Positions 51,249 through 61,958 of a stretch of DNA of 64,000 nt are shown piece after piece (the first letter of the stretch is position 1; the number at the start of each line of letters is the position of its first letter). The stretch covers positions 224,001-288,000 of the forward strand of contig JAVZNE010000001.1 of the NCBI GenBank assembly GCA_038882975.1. The letters run 5' to 3'. This DNA is from Candidatus Bathyarchaeia archaeon (GTDB lineage: Archaea; Thermoproteota; Bathyarchaeia; Bathyarchaeales; Bathycorpusculaceae). The translations under genes were made by a program, and so were the position numbers. Under the pieces are notes generated by a model that saw nothing but the letters and a program-made list of their open reading frames with translations, was not told where the DNA came from and ran no database searches.

Positions 51249-52366
51249 GATTGGCTTGTCTCCATGGTTTCGGGATTTTCCAAAAACTCTCTTATTGCGG
51301 CTAGGAACTTTGCCGCTGGTGCACCGTCAACAACCCTATGGTCAAAGACTAGGGTTAGGTAGCCAACCTTTCTCGGCTCTATACGTCCATCCTCCGTGAT
51401 GTAAGGTTCAGTTTCTATGCTTCCAAAAGCCAGTATCGCCGGATCCGGCGGATTAATTATCGGCGTAAAATATTGTATTCCTAGTGCTCCGAGGTTTGTG
51501 ACTGTGAAGTTGTGGTTTGACTGCTCCTCAAGGGTTATTTCGCCCCGGAAGCCCTTTTCTTGAAAATCGTTGATCCGCCGTGTTAGTTCTTGGATAGAAA
51601 GCCTATCCGCGCCCCTTATGACCGGCGCCATCAAGCCTTTTGGCGTGTCCACAGCCACAGCAATATTGATTTCCTCATGGTAAACGAGCTCTCCGCCCTC
51701 CAGTGTCACATTTAGGTTCTTGTGCTCTTGGAGGGCTAAGGCGACAGCTTTAACAGCATAAGCCGTGAAAGAGCCGCCCGTCTCCATCCTATGCTTGACA
51801 AGCTTGTCTGCGGCAAACTTTGTTGTTAGGGCTACGGGCAAAGCCTCATGGAAACCGGCACTAAGCCTCTGGGCAATGGCTTTTCTAATTCCGGCAAATG
51901 GAACTTTGCGCTCAACTGGTTTGGCTTCAGCCTCTGCCTCTGGAATGGCTATGCCTCTTTCCCGTGCCGCAAGCAAAACATCCTCCTTAGTTATTCTCCC
52001 TTCAGGACCAGTGCCCCTAATCTCTTCTAGGGATATGCCAAGCTGGGCTGCCAGCTTCTTTGCTAGTGGAGAAGCCTTAATCTCGACTGGTGCCGGTTTC
52101 TCAGCCCTTTCAATGGCTGGGGCTTTCTCCTCCACGCCTTCAATTTGGCATATGGGCTGACCAACCTTTACAACTTCGCCTGCCTTGCACAAGATTTTTG
52201 TTATTCTTCCAGTGTAAGGGGAGCGCACCTCAAAGGTGGTTTTTTCGCCTTCAGCTATGGCTATAACTTCGTCTACTTGAACAGTGTCGCCTTCCCGTTT
52301 CAGCCACTCGGCAATTATGCCCTCAGTCATTACCGGGTCTACTCTTGGAAAGACAATGACGGGCAT
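51245..52366 (-). CDS. 2-oxoacid dehydrogenase E2 (dihydrolipoamide acyltransferase)
   Basis: Lipoyl domain (EGEKT), E3-binding ASPLAKKLA...GTGPEGRI, catalytic DHRVVDG. Confidence 0.94.
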   Translation of the reverse strand: MPVIVFPRVDPVMTEGIIAEWLKREGDTVQVDEVIAIAEGEKTTFEVRSPYTGRITKILCKAGEVVKVGQPICQIEGVEEKAPAIERAEKPAPVEIKASPLAKKLAAQLGISLEEIRGTGPEGRITKEDVLLAARERGIAIPEAEAEAKPVERKVPFAGIRKAIAQRLSAGFHEALPVALTTKFAADKLVKHRMETGGSFTAYAVKAVALALQEHKNLNVTLEGGELVYHEEINIAVAVDTPKGLMAPVIRGADRLSIQELTRRINDFQEKGFRGEITLEEQSNHNFTVTNLGALGIQYFTPIINPPDPAILAFGSIETEPYITEDGRIEPRKVGYLTLVFDHRVVDGAPAAKFLAAIREFLENPETMETSQS

Positions 52367-53343
52367 TAGTGCACCATCCTCCTTGCCGCCTCACATATCT
52401 TGTCGGCATTAACCAAATACTGGTTTTCCAGAGGCTGGGCAAAGGGTACTGGTAGGTCTGGCGAATTAACCCGTACTGGTGGAGCATCCAAATAGTCGAA
52501 GGCTTCCTCTACAATGCGGCTTATTATTTCGGCTGAAATCCCCCCAGTTTTTGTGCTGTCATCCGCCACCAGAAGCCTATTCGTTTTTTTAACAGAGCCC
52601 ACCAAGGTTTTCACGTCCAATGGGTTTAGTGTCATTAAATCCACAACTTCAGCGTTTATGCCTTCAGCTGAAAGCCTATCCGCCGCCGCAAGCGCCTCCC
52701 TAACGGTTCTGGAAAAAGCCACAATCGTTAAGTCTGAACCCTTCCGCTTTATGTCGGCTTGACCAATAGTGATTAGGTATTCGTCTTCTGGCACTGGACC
52801 CTTCCAGCTGTAGAGCACGCCGGACTCCACAAACAATACGGGGTCATTGCCTCTTATTGCAGACTTTAACAAGCCCTTGGCGTCTTTAGGAGTGCCGGGA
52901 AGCACCACCTTCAAACCCGGAACATTTAGAAACCAAGAAGCCAAAAACTGGCTGTGCTGGCAGCCATGAACCCTACCAAGGCTGTACTGCGTCCGAATAA
53001 CCATTGGGAGGCTTACTTGCCCACCGCTCATAAACCTTATTTTTGCTGCATGGGTTACCAGCTGGTCCATAGCTATGGTGATAAAATCCATATACATTAT
53101 CTCTGCAACAGGCTTTAATCCGGCGAGGGCGGCGCCTATGGCTGCGCCAACTATGGCGGCTTCTGATATGGGTGTGTCCCTAACCCTTTCTGGTCCGAAT
53201 TTTTCCAGCAGCCCCTTTGTGACTTTGTATACGCCTCCGAACACGCCTACGTCTTCGCCGAAGACTATTACGCGGTCGTCTCGTTCCATTTCCTCCCGCA
53301 ATGCCTCGTTTAGGGCTTCAGCGTAGCTTATCTCCCTAACCAT
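52366..53343 (-). CDS. 2-oxoacid/acetoin dehydrogenase E1 beta
   Basis: GEDVG..GG, DTPISE, QHSQ, DAKGLL. Confidence 0.94.
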   Translation of the reverse strand: MVREISYAEALNEALREEMERDDRVIVFGEDVGVFGGVYKVTKGLLEKFGPERVRDTPISEAAIVGAAIGAALAGLKPVAEIMYMDFITIAMDQLVTHAAKIRFMSGGQVSLPMVIRTQYSLGRVHGCQHSQFLASWFLNVPGLKVVLPGTPKDAKGLLKSAIRGNDPVLFVESGVLYSWKGPVPEDEYLITIGQADIKRKGSDLTIVAFSRTVREALAAADRLSAEGINAEVVDLMTLNPLDVKTLVGSVKKTNRLLVADDSTKTGGISAEIISRIVEEAFDYLDAPPVRVNSPDLPVPFAQPLENQYLVNADKICEAARRMVH

Positions 53344-54367
53344 GATGAGCCTCCTCTTCTGCATAGACTAGCTTCCAAAGCTCACTGAAATCAAGACATG
53401 ATGCTGCCTTCGCCTTCTCCACACAAACATCCAATACCTTTTCTATTTCCATGTTTAATGCTTCAAACTCCTCCTTTGTTATGATTCCAAGCTGCATGAG
53501 GTTGTTGGCAAATCTTTCTATAGGGTCTTTTCTCATCCATTCTTGAACCTCGTTTTGGGGACGGTATTCAGCCTTATCATACACACCGTGTCCCTTTTTA
53601 CGGTATGTTCTGCACTCAATAAAGGCTGGACCACAACCACTACGGATATGGGCTACTGCATCTTTTCCGCTTGTGTAAACGGCTATCACATCGTTTCCAT
53701 CCACCAAATAGGCTTTTATTCCATAACCTGAGGCGCGGGCGGCTATGCTTTCCCCGGCAAAAGACTTCTTGTGGGGAACCGAAAAGGCGTAAAAGTTGTT
53801 TTCGCAGACAAACAAGACTGGAAGCTTCCAAACAGCCGCCAAGTTTAATGCTTCATGGAAGGCGCCGGTGTTCACAGCACCATCGCCGAAGAAAACAGCC
53901 ACAATCCGGCTGCTCTTTCGATATTGCAGTGCCAATCCTACGCCCACGGCTATTGGTATGCCTCCGCCAACAATCGCCGAAGCAAGCAATATGTTATGCT
54001 CTAGGCTCATGGCAGAGTGCATAGAACCGCCCAAACCCTTGCAAGTGCCAGTTTTTCTACCAAAAAGTTCAGCCATTAAGGCTTCAAATGGAACGCCGCG
54101 AGCTATGGCATGCCCATGCCCCCGATAAGTGGAAATTATAAAGTCTTCATCGTCCAAAGCTTTGATGACGCCAGCGGCAACCGCTTCTTGCCCAAGATAT
54201 AGGTGGCATGGACCAATAAGCTGCCCTTCGAAAAACAGCCTCTCAACTCGCTCCTCAAATTTTCGCATTTCACACATTTTCCTTAAAAACCACAGAAAGT
54301 CATCGCGTGACAAGCCTGAGGTTGAATATTTTTCGGCTGGAACCTCGCCTATAAATTCTACGCTCAT
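53336..54367 (-). CDS. 2-oxoacid/acetoin dehydrogenase E1 alpha
   Basis: GQEA, YRGHGH, GGSMH, TPP motif GDGA...ENN, TYR..GH. Confidence 0.94.
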   Translation of the reverse strand: MSVEFIGEVPAEKYSTSGLSRDDFLWFLRKMCEMRKFEERVERLFFEGQLIGPCHLYLGQEAVAAGVIKALDDEDFIISTYRGHGHAIARGVPFEALMAELFGRKTGTCKGLGGSMHSAMSLEHNILLASAIVGGGIPIAVGVGLALQYRKSSRIVAVFFGDGAVNTGAFHEALNLAAVWKLPVLFVCENNFYAFSVPHKKSFAGESIAARASGYGIKAYLVDGNDVIAVYTSGKDAVAHIRSGCGPAFIECRTYRKKGHGVYDKAEYRPQNEVQEWMRKDPIERFANNLMQLGIITKEEFEALNMEIEKVLDVCVEKAKAASCLDFSELWKLVYAEEEAHHG

Positions 54368-54465
54368 GATGGTGTGCCACCTTTCCAGAGTTTAGAGACT
54401 TTAGCATTTATAAAGGTTGGAGCACCTAAAATTTCACATTCAACGGCTAATAGGGGAAGAAGCAA

Positions 54466-55617
54466 ATGTTCGAAAGGGAGCTTCTCATGATTCCAGGTCC
54501 AACAAATGTTGTCCCTTCGGTTTTGCGTGCCATGTGCAAGCCTCCTTTGTCGCATACAAGTCAAGAATTCGCATCCATATTTAAGGAAGCCCTAAACGGT
54601 TTGAAGAGGGTTTTCATGACTGAAAGTGACGTTTTTGTTGTGGCTGGCTCTGGAACTCTAGCTCTAGAGATGGCGGTAGCCAACATTTTGGAGCCCGGCG
54701 ACAAGGTGCTTAACGCTGTTTCGGGGTTTTTTGGGCAGTATTTCGTTGAAATGTGCAAGGTTTATGGCGCGGTTCCCCGTGTTTTAGAAGTGCCATATGG
54801 CATGGCTGTAAAGCCGGAGCAAGTTAGGGAAGCCCTAAAAGAGGGTGGTTTTAAGGCTGTCACTGTTACTCATGTGGAAACTTCAACAGGTGTGGCAAAT
54901 CCAATAAAAGAGATAGGTGAAGTTGTGCGGAAGTACAGCGACGCCTTCTACATCGTTGACACCGTCTGCTCGCTTGGCGGGATGGAAGTCCGCGTAGATG
55001 ACTGGGGCATAGACGTTTGTGTTTCGGGTTCACAGAAATGTGTAGGCGTTCCACCCGGATTGGCTTTTGTGGCTGTTAGCCAAAAAGCCTTAGAGTACTT
55101 GGAGAGACGCAAAACGCCTGTTGGCTCGTGGTACGGCAGCTTTAAGAATTGGCTTCCAGTTATGCGGGACCCGACGAGGTATTTTGCAACTCCGCCCGTG
55201 AACATGATTTACGCTTTGCATGAAGCTTTAAGGCTTGTACTTGATGAGGGATTGGAAAACCGTTTTAGAAGGCATTATATTTTGGCTGAAGCTTTTAGAG
55301 CCGCCATGAACGCTTTAAACCTTAAAATTGTGGCGGAAAGGGGATACGAGGCGGATACTGTTACAGCCGTTTATTATCCAGAGGGCATAGATGACAACCT
55401 ATTCAGAGGCGAAATGAAGAAGTGTGGAATTGTTGTGGCTTCAACCCTTGGACCGTTGAAGGGGAAGGGCTTCCGGGTTGGGCACATGGGAAATGTGAAC
55501 CAAAATGACATAGCCGCCACAATATCCGCAATAGAAGCAACGCTGAAACGCTTCGGATACAATGTCAGTCTTGGGAGTGGAGTGAAAGCTGCTGAAGATA
55601 AAATCCTCTCAGCCTAA
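54466..55617 (+). CDS. Class V aminotransferase (alanine-glyoxylate/serine-pyruvate type)
   Basis: IPGPT, HVETSTG, SQK PLP lysine, RVGHMG. Confidence 0.93.
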   Translation: MFERELLMIPGPTNVVPSVLRAMCKPPLSHTSQEFASIFKEALNGLKRVFMTESDVFVVAGSGTLALEMAVANILEPGDKVLNAVSGFFGQYFVEMCKVYGAVPRVLEVPYGMAVKPEQVREALKEGGFKAVTVTHVETSTGVANPIKEIGEVVRKYSDAFYIVDTVCSLGGMEVRVDDWGIDVCVSGSQKCVGVPPGLAFVAVSQKALEYLERRKTPVGSWYGSFKNWLPVMRDPTRYFATPPVNMIYALHEALRLVLDEGLENRFRRHYILAEAFRAAMNALNLKIVAERGYEADTVTAVYYPEGIDDNLFRGEMKKCGIVVASTLGPLKGKGFRVGHMGNVNQNDIAATISAIEATLKRFGYNVSLGSGVKAAEDKILSA

Positions 55618-55628
55618 GGGCTGTAACC

Positions 55629-56252
55629 ATGGAGTCTATAACAGACTTTTACCTCTTCTTGGCTTCTGTGGTTTTCATATCCCTTTCAGGAGTTATGATG
55701 CCGGGACCAGTGTTCGCCGTGACAATAGCGAAGGGTTATAGGAGCAAAACCGCTGGCGTCTTAATAGCCCTCGGACACGGGGCTGTGGAGTTCCCGCTAA
55801 TCCTTCTCCTATATTTTGGGCTTTCATGGTTTTTCGCCTCTGCTCTCGTGCAAAAGATTATAGGCTTTGTCGGCGGAGCTGTGATGATTTACATGGGTTT
55901 TCAGACCTTTAAAACGAGAAGAGAAGCCGTTGCAGAGACAAGCCATTCTGGGCATGCCTCCTTCATTGCGGGTTTAATTGCAACCAGCGCAAACCCATAC
56001 TTCTTCTTTTGGTGGGCAACGGTTGGCGCAGCCCTCATTTTAACGGCCTCCACATTCGGCACTGTGGGATTGTTGGCTTTCGCCATTGTTCATTGGCTAT
56101 GCGACCTAGCATGGGACACCTTCGTTTCTGTAACGGTTTTCAAGTCAAGGCGCTTCTGGAATGAAAGAGTTTTCACAATAGTCTTTCTTTTCTGCTTTGC
56201 CGTCCTCGTGGTTTTCGGCTTATGGTTTATTATTTCGGCTTTATTGCGGTAG
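55629..56252 (+). CDS. LysE family translocator
   Basis: PGP, GH, NPY...WW; hydrophobic. Confidence 0.88.
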   Translation: MESITDFYLFLASVVFISLSGVMMPGPVFAVTIAKGYRSKTAGVLIALGHGAVEFPLILLLYFGLSWFFASALVQKIIGFVGGAVMIYMGFQTFKTRREAVAETSHSGHASFIAGLIATSANPYFFFWWATVGAALILTASTFGTVGLLAFAIVHWLCDLAWDTFVSVTVFKSRRFWNERVFTIVFLFCFAVLVVFGLWFIISALLR

Positions 56253-57614
56253 GTTGCCTACCTTTTTGAGCCTGTAACGCTCATAAATCAATTCGACGCG
56301 TTCGCCGTCAACAATGAATTCTACTGGAAGTTTGCCGCCAACCTGTATGGCGTAAAATCTTTTCACATTGCCTTCGATGTTTTCTGGGATTAATGGTATT
56401 ATCATGTCAGTGTATTTGTCGCAGATTTCTATTTGGAGAAGCCCGCCTTTAGGCACGACTTTGGCGTCCATGGTTCCCTTATAAGTCTGGTATAACCCGC
56501 CTAACAACTCGTAGGTTTTCTCGTATTTGATGAAGGGAAGCTCGTCGGGGTCTTTGTCCAGCAATAGAGCAAGCGCATACAATCCCATCTGCGATAGCGG
56601 ATAACCACTCCCATTAGCCAAAAGCGCCACACCAACCCGTTTTTCGGGTATATAGCCCATATAAGCTGTGTAAACAAGCACAGAGCCGCCGTGTCCAACA
56701 AGCTTGTAGCCGAAGAAGTTGGGGATTATGCTTAGTCCATAGCCGTAGGATTCTCCGCCGAAAACTTGAAGCGGCAACTTAACCCGTGGCTCCTCCATCT
56801 CTTTGATGGATTTTGAAGAAGCCAAAATGTTTCCATTATATTTCCCTCTGTTAAGGTACATGATAATGTAGCGTGCCAAATCGATAACGTTGCTTATCAG
56901 TCCTCCATCCGCATAAATCCCATAAGGAAAAACGGACTTTTTGGGCTCGCCATCTCTGGTGATAATGTATGGCGTTGCAACGTTAGCATCTGCCTCAACG
57001 TCTTCCCTACGGAAGAAGCTTCTATCCATCCCTAAGGGTTTAAGGATGTTCTCCCTAACGTAATTGTCATAGCTCACACCAGAAACTTTCTCGATGATGT
57101 GGCCCAAAATCACATATCCCTCATTCAGATAGAACCACCTTTCACCAGGCTTTGCCAAAGCCCACTGGCTCGCGTCCCGCATGAATGTGAAAAGGTCTTC
57201 TGCACTGGCGATGAGCACCCACTTGCCACCAGCCCCAGTCACATAGCGGATTAAGCCCTCAGCATAAGCCAGCGCTGGTATGCCGGAGGCGTGACAAAGC
57301 AGATGCCAAATTTTAACTGGTTTTTCGCCTTTAGGTTCCAAATTTAGTGGGATATACTTCCTAACAGGGTCGTCGAGGCTCAGCTTCCCCTTTTCCGCAA
57401 GCTGCATTATGGACAAGGCAGTAAAAGACTTCGTGACCGAACCAACGCCGTACAAGGTTTCTGACGTAGCCCTCAAGCCATAATCCAAGTCGCGGAAGCC
57501 AAAACCTCTTGTATAAGCTAATTCGCCCTTTTGAATTATTGCCAAGCTCAGTCCGGGAAGATGGGTTTTTGAAAGCCTTTCGAAAATGAATTCTTCCAGT
57601 CTGCCATAATTCAT
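56241..57614 (-). CDS. Beta-lactamase-fold serine hydrolase/peptidase (Pab87-like)
   Basis: SVTK (SxxK), YLN, HGG motifs plus a C-terminal extension. Confidence 0.88.
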   Translation of the reverse strand: MNYGRLEEFIFERLSKTHLPGLSLAIIQKGELAYTRGFGFRDLDYGLRATSETLYGVGSVTKSFTALSIMQLAEKGKLSLDDPVRKYIPLNLEPKGEKPVKIWHLLCHASGIPALAYAEGLIRYVTGAGGKWVLIASAEDLFTFMRDASQWALAKPGERWFYLNEGYVILGHIIEKVSGVSYDNYVRENILKPLGMDRSFFRREDVEADANVATPYIITRDGEPKKSVFPYGIYADGGLISNVIDLARYIIMYLNRGKYNGNILASSKSIKEMEEPRVKLPLQVFGGESYGYGLSIIPNFFGYKLVGHGGSVLVYTAYMGYIPEKRVGVALLANGSGYPLSQMGLYALALLLDKDPDELPFIKYEKTYELLGGLYQTYKGTMDAKVVPKGGLLQIEICDKYTDMIIPLIPENIEGNVKRFYAIQVGGKLPVEFIVDGERVELIYERYRLKKVGNLPQ

Positions 57615-57715
57615 TTTGTTAACGCCTCCTCTCGCCATTTTGATAAGCCAATGCCTGTTGATAAGCTTAAACCTTTAAAAGTCTAAGCAAACCATGACAA
57701 TAAACGGGGTTAGTG

Positions 57716-58279
57716 ATGGCGGAGAAAATCGAATACCAGATTGGAAAGGCGAAATTGTGCCTAGTTCAAGGAGACATAACAGAAATGGAAACAGACGCCA
57801 TAGTCAACGCTGCAAACCCATCCCTAATGGGAGGCGGTGGAGTAGACGGAGCCATCCACAGAAAGGGCGGACCAAAAATCCTAGAAGAGTGCAAACGTAT
57901 AAGGGCGACTGAATGGCCCGACGGGCTCCCAACAGGAAAAGCCGTAATCACCACCGGCGGAAACCTAAAAGCCAAATATGTCATCCACACGGTTGGGCCG
58001 ATTTGGAAGGGAGGAAAAAGCGGGGAGCCAGAACTTTTGGCAGAAGCCTACCGCAACTCATTGGCACTCGCCGTCTCAAGGGGTTTAAAAACAATAGCCT
58101 TCCCATCAATAAGCACAGGCGCCTACGGATACCCCATCCAGGAGGCTTGCAAAGTAGCCCTAAAAACAGTTAAGGAGTTCTTGGAGAAGGAGGACAAACT
58201 GGAGAAAGTTGTTCTCGTCTTATACAGCAGGCACGACTTTGAAGTTTACAAGGAAGCGGCAAAAGAAATTCTGCAATAG
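57716..58279 (+). CDS. Macrodomain O-acetyl-ADP-ribose deacetylase
   Basis: GDIT, VNAAN..L.GGGGVDGAIH, HTVGP, ISTGAYG. Confidence 0.95.
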   Translation: MAEKIEYQIGKAKLCLVQGDITEMETDAIVNAANPSLMGGGGVDGAIHRKGGPKILEECKRIRATEWPDGLPTGKAVITTGGNLKAKYVIHTVGPIWKGGKSGEPELLAEAYRNSLALAVSRGLKTIAFPSISTGAYGYPIQEACKVALKTVKEFLEKEDKLEKVVLVLYSRHDFEVYKEAAKEILQ

Positions 58280-58284
58280 CAGCA

Positions 58285-58452
58285 TTAATATCTGATGTAG
58301 ACTTTGCCGCCAAGCTCCTCAACACTAGCCTTAAGCCTTTCCAAAACCTGCCTCATCTTGCCATTAACAGTTTCCTGCCACCCTTTAGGTCCGCCTGGAA
58401 CCCTAACCTCTATTATGCAGTAGTATTGTTCTCCCAAGCTCTTCCGGCTCAT
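58285..58452 (-). CDS. Small hypothetical protein (55 aa, below the ORF-track cutoff)
   Basis: ATG-initiated MSRKSLGEQYYCIIEVRVPGG...ELGGKVYIRY fills the gap. Confidence 0.5.
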   Translation of the reverse strand: MSRKSLGEQYYCIIEVRVPGGPKGWQETVNGKMRQVLERLKASVEELGGKVYIRY

Positions 58453-58565
58453 TTCTCTTTCTAAAAGAACATTTTGTGTTGGGAGACTTAAGTTGTGTGA
58501 ATTATCAGTATGAATTATTCATATTTTAAAGTCGGATTCCGAATAAACATAGCCTATTTAGCCTT

Positions 58566-59159
58566 TTAGCCTAAGTCAAGAACCAAGCCCGGCACCAAGC
58601 TCATGTACACTGGTTTTTGCAAGTTGCCTTCAATCAGAAGCGGGTCAATGTAGACGACCAAGGTTTTTCCACCAGCGTCTTCCGGAATTCTCCAAAACCT
58701 CTTCAGGTCTTTTTCAGCAAGCTTTTTCCTTCCTGCCAAATCTGATTGGAGGGCAAGCTCTATGGATTTCGTGTAAAAATCTGTTATGGCATAGTTCACA
58801 AGTCTCAGGTTAAATTTTAAGTCCTTGTCTCCAAGCTTCTCCTTTGTTTTAAGAGTTGCAACTATGGCTTTTTCAAAGTCTTTAAGGCTTTCCTCCTTCA
58901 AAATTATTAGGGGACAAACGAAGCTGGAAGCTTGGAGAAGCGAATCCAGAACCGGGTTTTCCACAATTTTTGGCAGCGTTAATAGCTTCTTCCATTTCAA
59001 ATCGATTTTTAGGGCTTCAGAAACACCAAGCTCTCTATACCTGAACTTTCTTTTAAGCCATTCAACCTCTTTTTCTGGAGAAACCCCTTTTGAAAGGTGG
59101 ATTATTCCCCTAAGGTTTTTTACAAGATACAGGTGTTGATGCTCTGGAATTGCGTCCAC
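58566..59159 (-). CDS. Hypothetical protein
   Basis: 197-aa ORF directly downstream of the TtuA-like gene; no motif recognised. Confidence 0.65.
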   Translation of the reverse strand: MDAIPEHQHLYLVKNLRGIIHLSKGVSPEKEVEWLKRKFRYRELGVSEALKIDLKWKKLLTLPKIVENPVLDSLLQASSFVCPLIILKEESLKDFEKAIVATLKTKEKLGDKDLKFNLRLVNYAITDFYTKSIELALQSDLAGRKKLAEKDLKRFWRIPEDAGGKTLVVYIDPLLIEGNLQKPVYMSLVPGLVLDLG

Positions 59160-59184
59160 AACATTTCTTTCAGCATTTAAAGGC

Positions 59185-60114
59185 TTAAACTTTGCCCACA
59201 GCTTCTTTAACCATGGCTAAGCGCCTGCAAAAGGCGCAGACTTCGCTGGATGATGGAAAACCGCAAACCTTGCACCTGCCAAGCGTGGGCTTTTCGGCAA
59301 CACTTTCAATTAGTGGCATGATCTCCAAGAATCGGTTTAGGAGTTGATGCCTAAAGTATGGGTTGTCTCTTGACAGAAGCTCTAGAATTTTTGCTCTTTT
59401 CCGCACACCAGTTCCAGTTGCGTAGGGGCAGTCGATTTGGCGGAAGAGAACATCACAATAAAGGCAGTAGAGCAGGTTCTCGTTTTCAAGACATTTTATT
59501 AAAGGCTTAACCTTTGAGGCCATGCCCTCTGCTAATGGCGGCAGAACTGGTTTAAGCCTAACAAACTGTTCCCATCGCCCATAAAGAAAGTTGTTAAACA
59601 ATACGCCGGCAACATCCTCCAAGTTATGGCCTGTTGCCAAAACCCGAACTTGGGCTTTGATGGCTAGCTCTTCGAAGATGTGGCGCTTAATTGTCCCACA
59701 AGCAGAACATACTTTTCCCTTGAAGGGCGTTTTCTTAAAGTCTCCTATGCTTATGCCAAGCTCCTCTGATAAATTGTAAACGTGCAACTCAACATCCAAC
59801 ATGCTGGCAAGCTTTTCCACCTTTTCTTGGCAGTGAGTCGAATATTCTGGTATGCCCAAGTTTACGTGTAGGGCTTTAAGCCTAAGCCTTGGGTAAGCTT
59901 GCCGCAGAACGTGCAAAAGTGCGGCGCTGTCCTTCCCGCCTGAAACTGCAACCCCGACAGCGTCATCCTCCCGGAACATTTTAAATTCTTCAACAGTTTT
60001 CCGCACTCTGGCTTTATAGAAATCCGTGAAGCAGTTTGGGCAGAGGTTTAGCTTGGCGTAGGGAATTTGCACTTCAGCGTTTGCTGAACGGCACTTGCTG
60101 CAAATCAAAGGCAT
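59185..60114 (-). CDS. TtuA/Ncs6-type tRNA 2-thiolation PP-loop ATPase
   Basis: N- and C-terminal zinc fingers, SGGKDS, CSAC, TGHN..D, CPY. Confidence 0.88.
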   Translation of the reverse strand: MPLICSKCRSANAEVQIPYAKLNLCPNCFTDFYKARVRKTVEEFKMFREDDAVGVAVSGGKDSAALLHVLRQAYPRLRLKALHVNLGIPEYSTHCQEKVEKLASMLDVELHVYNLSEELGISIGDFKKTPFKGKVCSACGTIKRHIFEELAIKAQVRVLATGHNLEDVAGVLFNNFLYGRWEQFVRLKPVLPPLAEGMASKVKPLIKCLENENLLYCLYCDVLFRQIDCPYATGTGVRKRAKILELLSRDNPYFRHQLLNRFLEIMPLIESVAEKPTLGRCKVCGFPSSSEVCAFCRRLAMVKEAVGKV

Positions 60115-60194
60115 GGCAACCACTAACCCAATAAACAGCGCGAAAACAATAGTCAAACGGTTTTATGGTTTAGAAAAAGGTTTGGGTGGTTTTG

Positions 60195-61847
60195 TTAGAA
60201 TTCTTCGCTTTCGGTTTCGCTTGGAGGCTTTTCTTTCTCCTTTTCTTCTTTCGGTTTTGATGCAGCTATGACGTCGTCTATGCGGAGTATCATTGAGGCT
60301 GATTCTGTGGCTGATTTTACCGCTTGCTCCTTTACTATTGCTGGTTCCACTACGCCGTTGTTGTACATGTCTTCGACTTTTCCTGTGAATACGTTTACGC
60401 CCATTGGGTGGCCGTCGGTTTTTTCGTGGGCAGCCCTAAGCTCAACTATTATGTCTATTGGTTCTAGCCCAGCGTTTTCAGCCAGCGTCCGCGGTATCAC
60501 TTCTATGGCGTCTGCGAAGGCTTCTATGGCTAGTTGTTCTCTTCCGCCAACTTTAGCCGCATAATCCCTAAGCTCTTTGGCTATTTCAACTTCTACTGAG
60601 CCGCCTCCAGCCACGATTTTGTTGTGTTCTACTACGTCTGAAACCACTGAAAGGGCGTCTGTCATGGCTCGTTCCGCCTCATCCACCATTCTTTCAAGTC
60701 CAGCCCTGATGAGAATGCCAACGGAGCGGGGGTTCTTGCAGTCTTCAACGAATATCATTTTGTCTTCGCCGATTTTTCGCTCTTCCACAACGCCAGCGGC
60801 GCCCAAATCTTGGGATGTCAAGTCGTCCAAGTCGGTGACTATCCTTCCGCCAGTGGCTCTTGCCAGCTTTTCCATGTCAGACTGTTTAACTCGCCTGGCG
60901 GCTAGTATGCCCTCTTTGGCTAGGAAGTGCTGTGCCATGTCGTCGATGCCTTTTTGACAGAAGACAACATTGGCGCCTACAGCCTTAATCTTTTCAACCA
61001 TCTCCTTGAGCATTTGGGTTTCCTGGTCTAGGAAGGCTTTCATCTGGGACGGGTCTTTTATGCGTATTTCAGCGCTGAACTCTGTCTTCTCAATTTCTAG
61101 TGGGCAGTCCAATAGCGCGATTTTGGCGTTTTCAATTTTTTTCGGCATTCCTGGGTGGACAACTTCCTTGTCTATTATTACGCCCCTCACCAGCTGGGAT
61201 TCAAAAAGCCCCTTGCCAGTCTTCTTAATTATCTGGATGTTGTCTATGTCTGCAACAAGCCTATCGCCCCTCTTCTCAACAATCTGTTTTACGGCGTCTA
61301 TGGCTATTTCAGCCAAGTGTTCCTTGGCTGGACCCACGGCTTTGCTCGCCATGGACGTCAGAGCCACTTTGCGGAGCGTTGCACGGTCTTCTATGTCCAC
61401 TGGCTTGGCAATGCGGTTTATCACTTCAACAGCTTTCTGGGCGGCTTTCCGATAGCCACTGACAATTATTGTTGGGTGGATGTTCTGGTCTAAGAGCTCC
61501 TCAGCCTTTTTCAATAGTTCTCCAGCCAAAACAACGGCTGTTGTTGTTCCGTCGCCCACCATGTCGTCCTGGGTTTTGGCAACTTCAACCATCATTTTTG
61601 CAGCCGGATGCTCCACTTCAATTTCGTCCAAGATTGCGGCGCCATCATTCGTTATTGTTATGTCGCCAAGACTGTCAATAAGCATCTTATCCATTCCGCG
61701 GGGTCCAAGCGTTGTTTTAAGGACTTCGCCTATGATGCGGGCTGCCATAATATTGTTTCTTTGAGCCTCCCTTCCTCGGCTCCGGGCTGTACCCTCTTTT
61801 AGGATTAGTACGGGCTGACCTGAAGCTGTTGTTGTTAAGTAAGCCAT
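60195..61847 (-). CDS. ths: Thermosome (group II chaperonin) subunit
   Basis: [24 protein letters not shown]. Confidence 0.97.
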   Translation of the reverse strand: MAYLTTTASGQPVLILKEGTARSRGREAQRNNIMAARIIGEVLKTTLGPRGMDKMLIDSLGDITITNDGAAILDEIEVEHPAAKMMVEVAKTQDDMVGDGTTTAVVLAGELLKKAEELLDQNIHPTIIVSGYRKAAQKAVEVINRIAKPVDIEDRATLRKVALTSMASKAVGPAKEHLAEIAIDAVKQIVEKRGDRLVADIDNIQIIKKTGKGLFESQLVRGVIIDKEVVHPGMPKKIENAKIALLDCPLEIEKTEFSAEIRIKDPSQMKAFLDQETQMLKEMVEKIKAVGANVVFCQKGIDDMAQHFLAKEGILAARRVKQSDMEKLARATGGRIVTDLDDLTSQDLGAAGVVEERKIGEDKMIFVEDCKNPRSVGILIRAGLERMVDEAERAMTDALSVVSDVVEHNKIVAGGGSVEVEIAKELRDYAAKVGGREQLAIEAFADAIEVIPRTLAENAGLEPIDIIVELRAAHEKTDGHPMGVNVFTGKVEDMYNNGVVEPAIVKEQAVKSATESASMILRIDDVIAASKPKEEKEKEKPPSETESEEF

Positions 61848-61958
61848 ATTCATCTTTCCTCCAATCAATGTTAAAATGGTTTCGTGGTTAAGCAAAAATG
61901 CGGTAAAATATAAACTTTTCCAAACAAAGGCTGGAGTTTAACCTAACACTTGTGCGGC

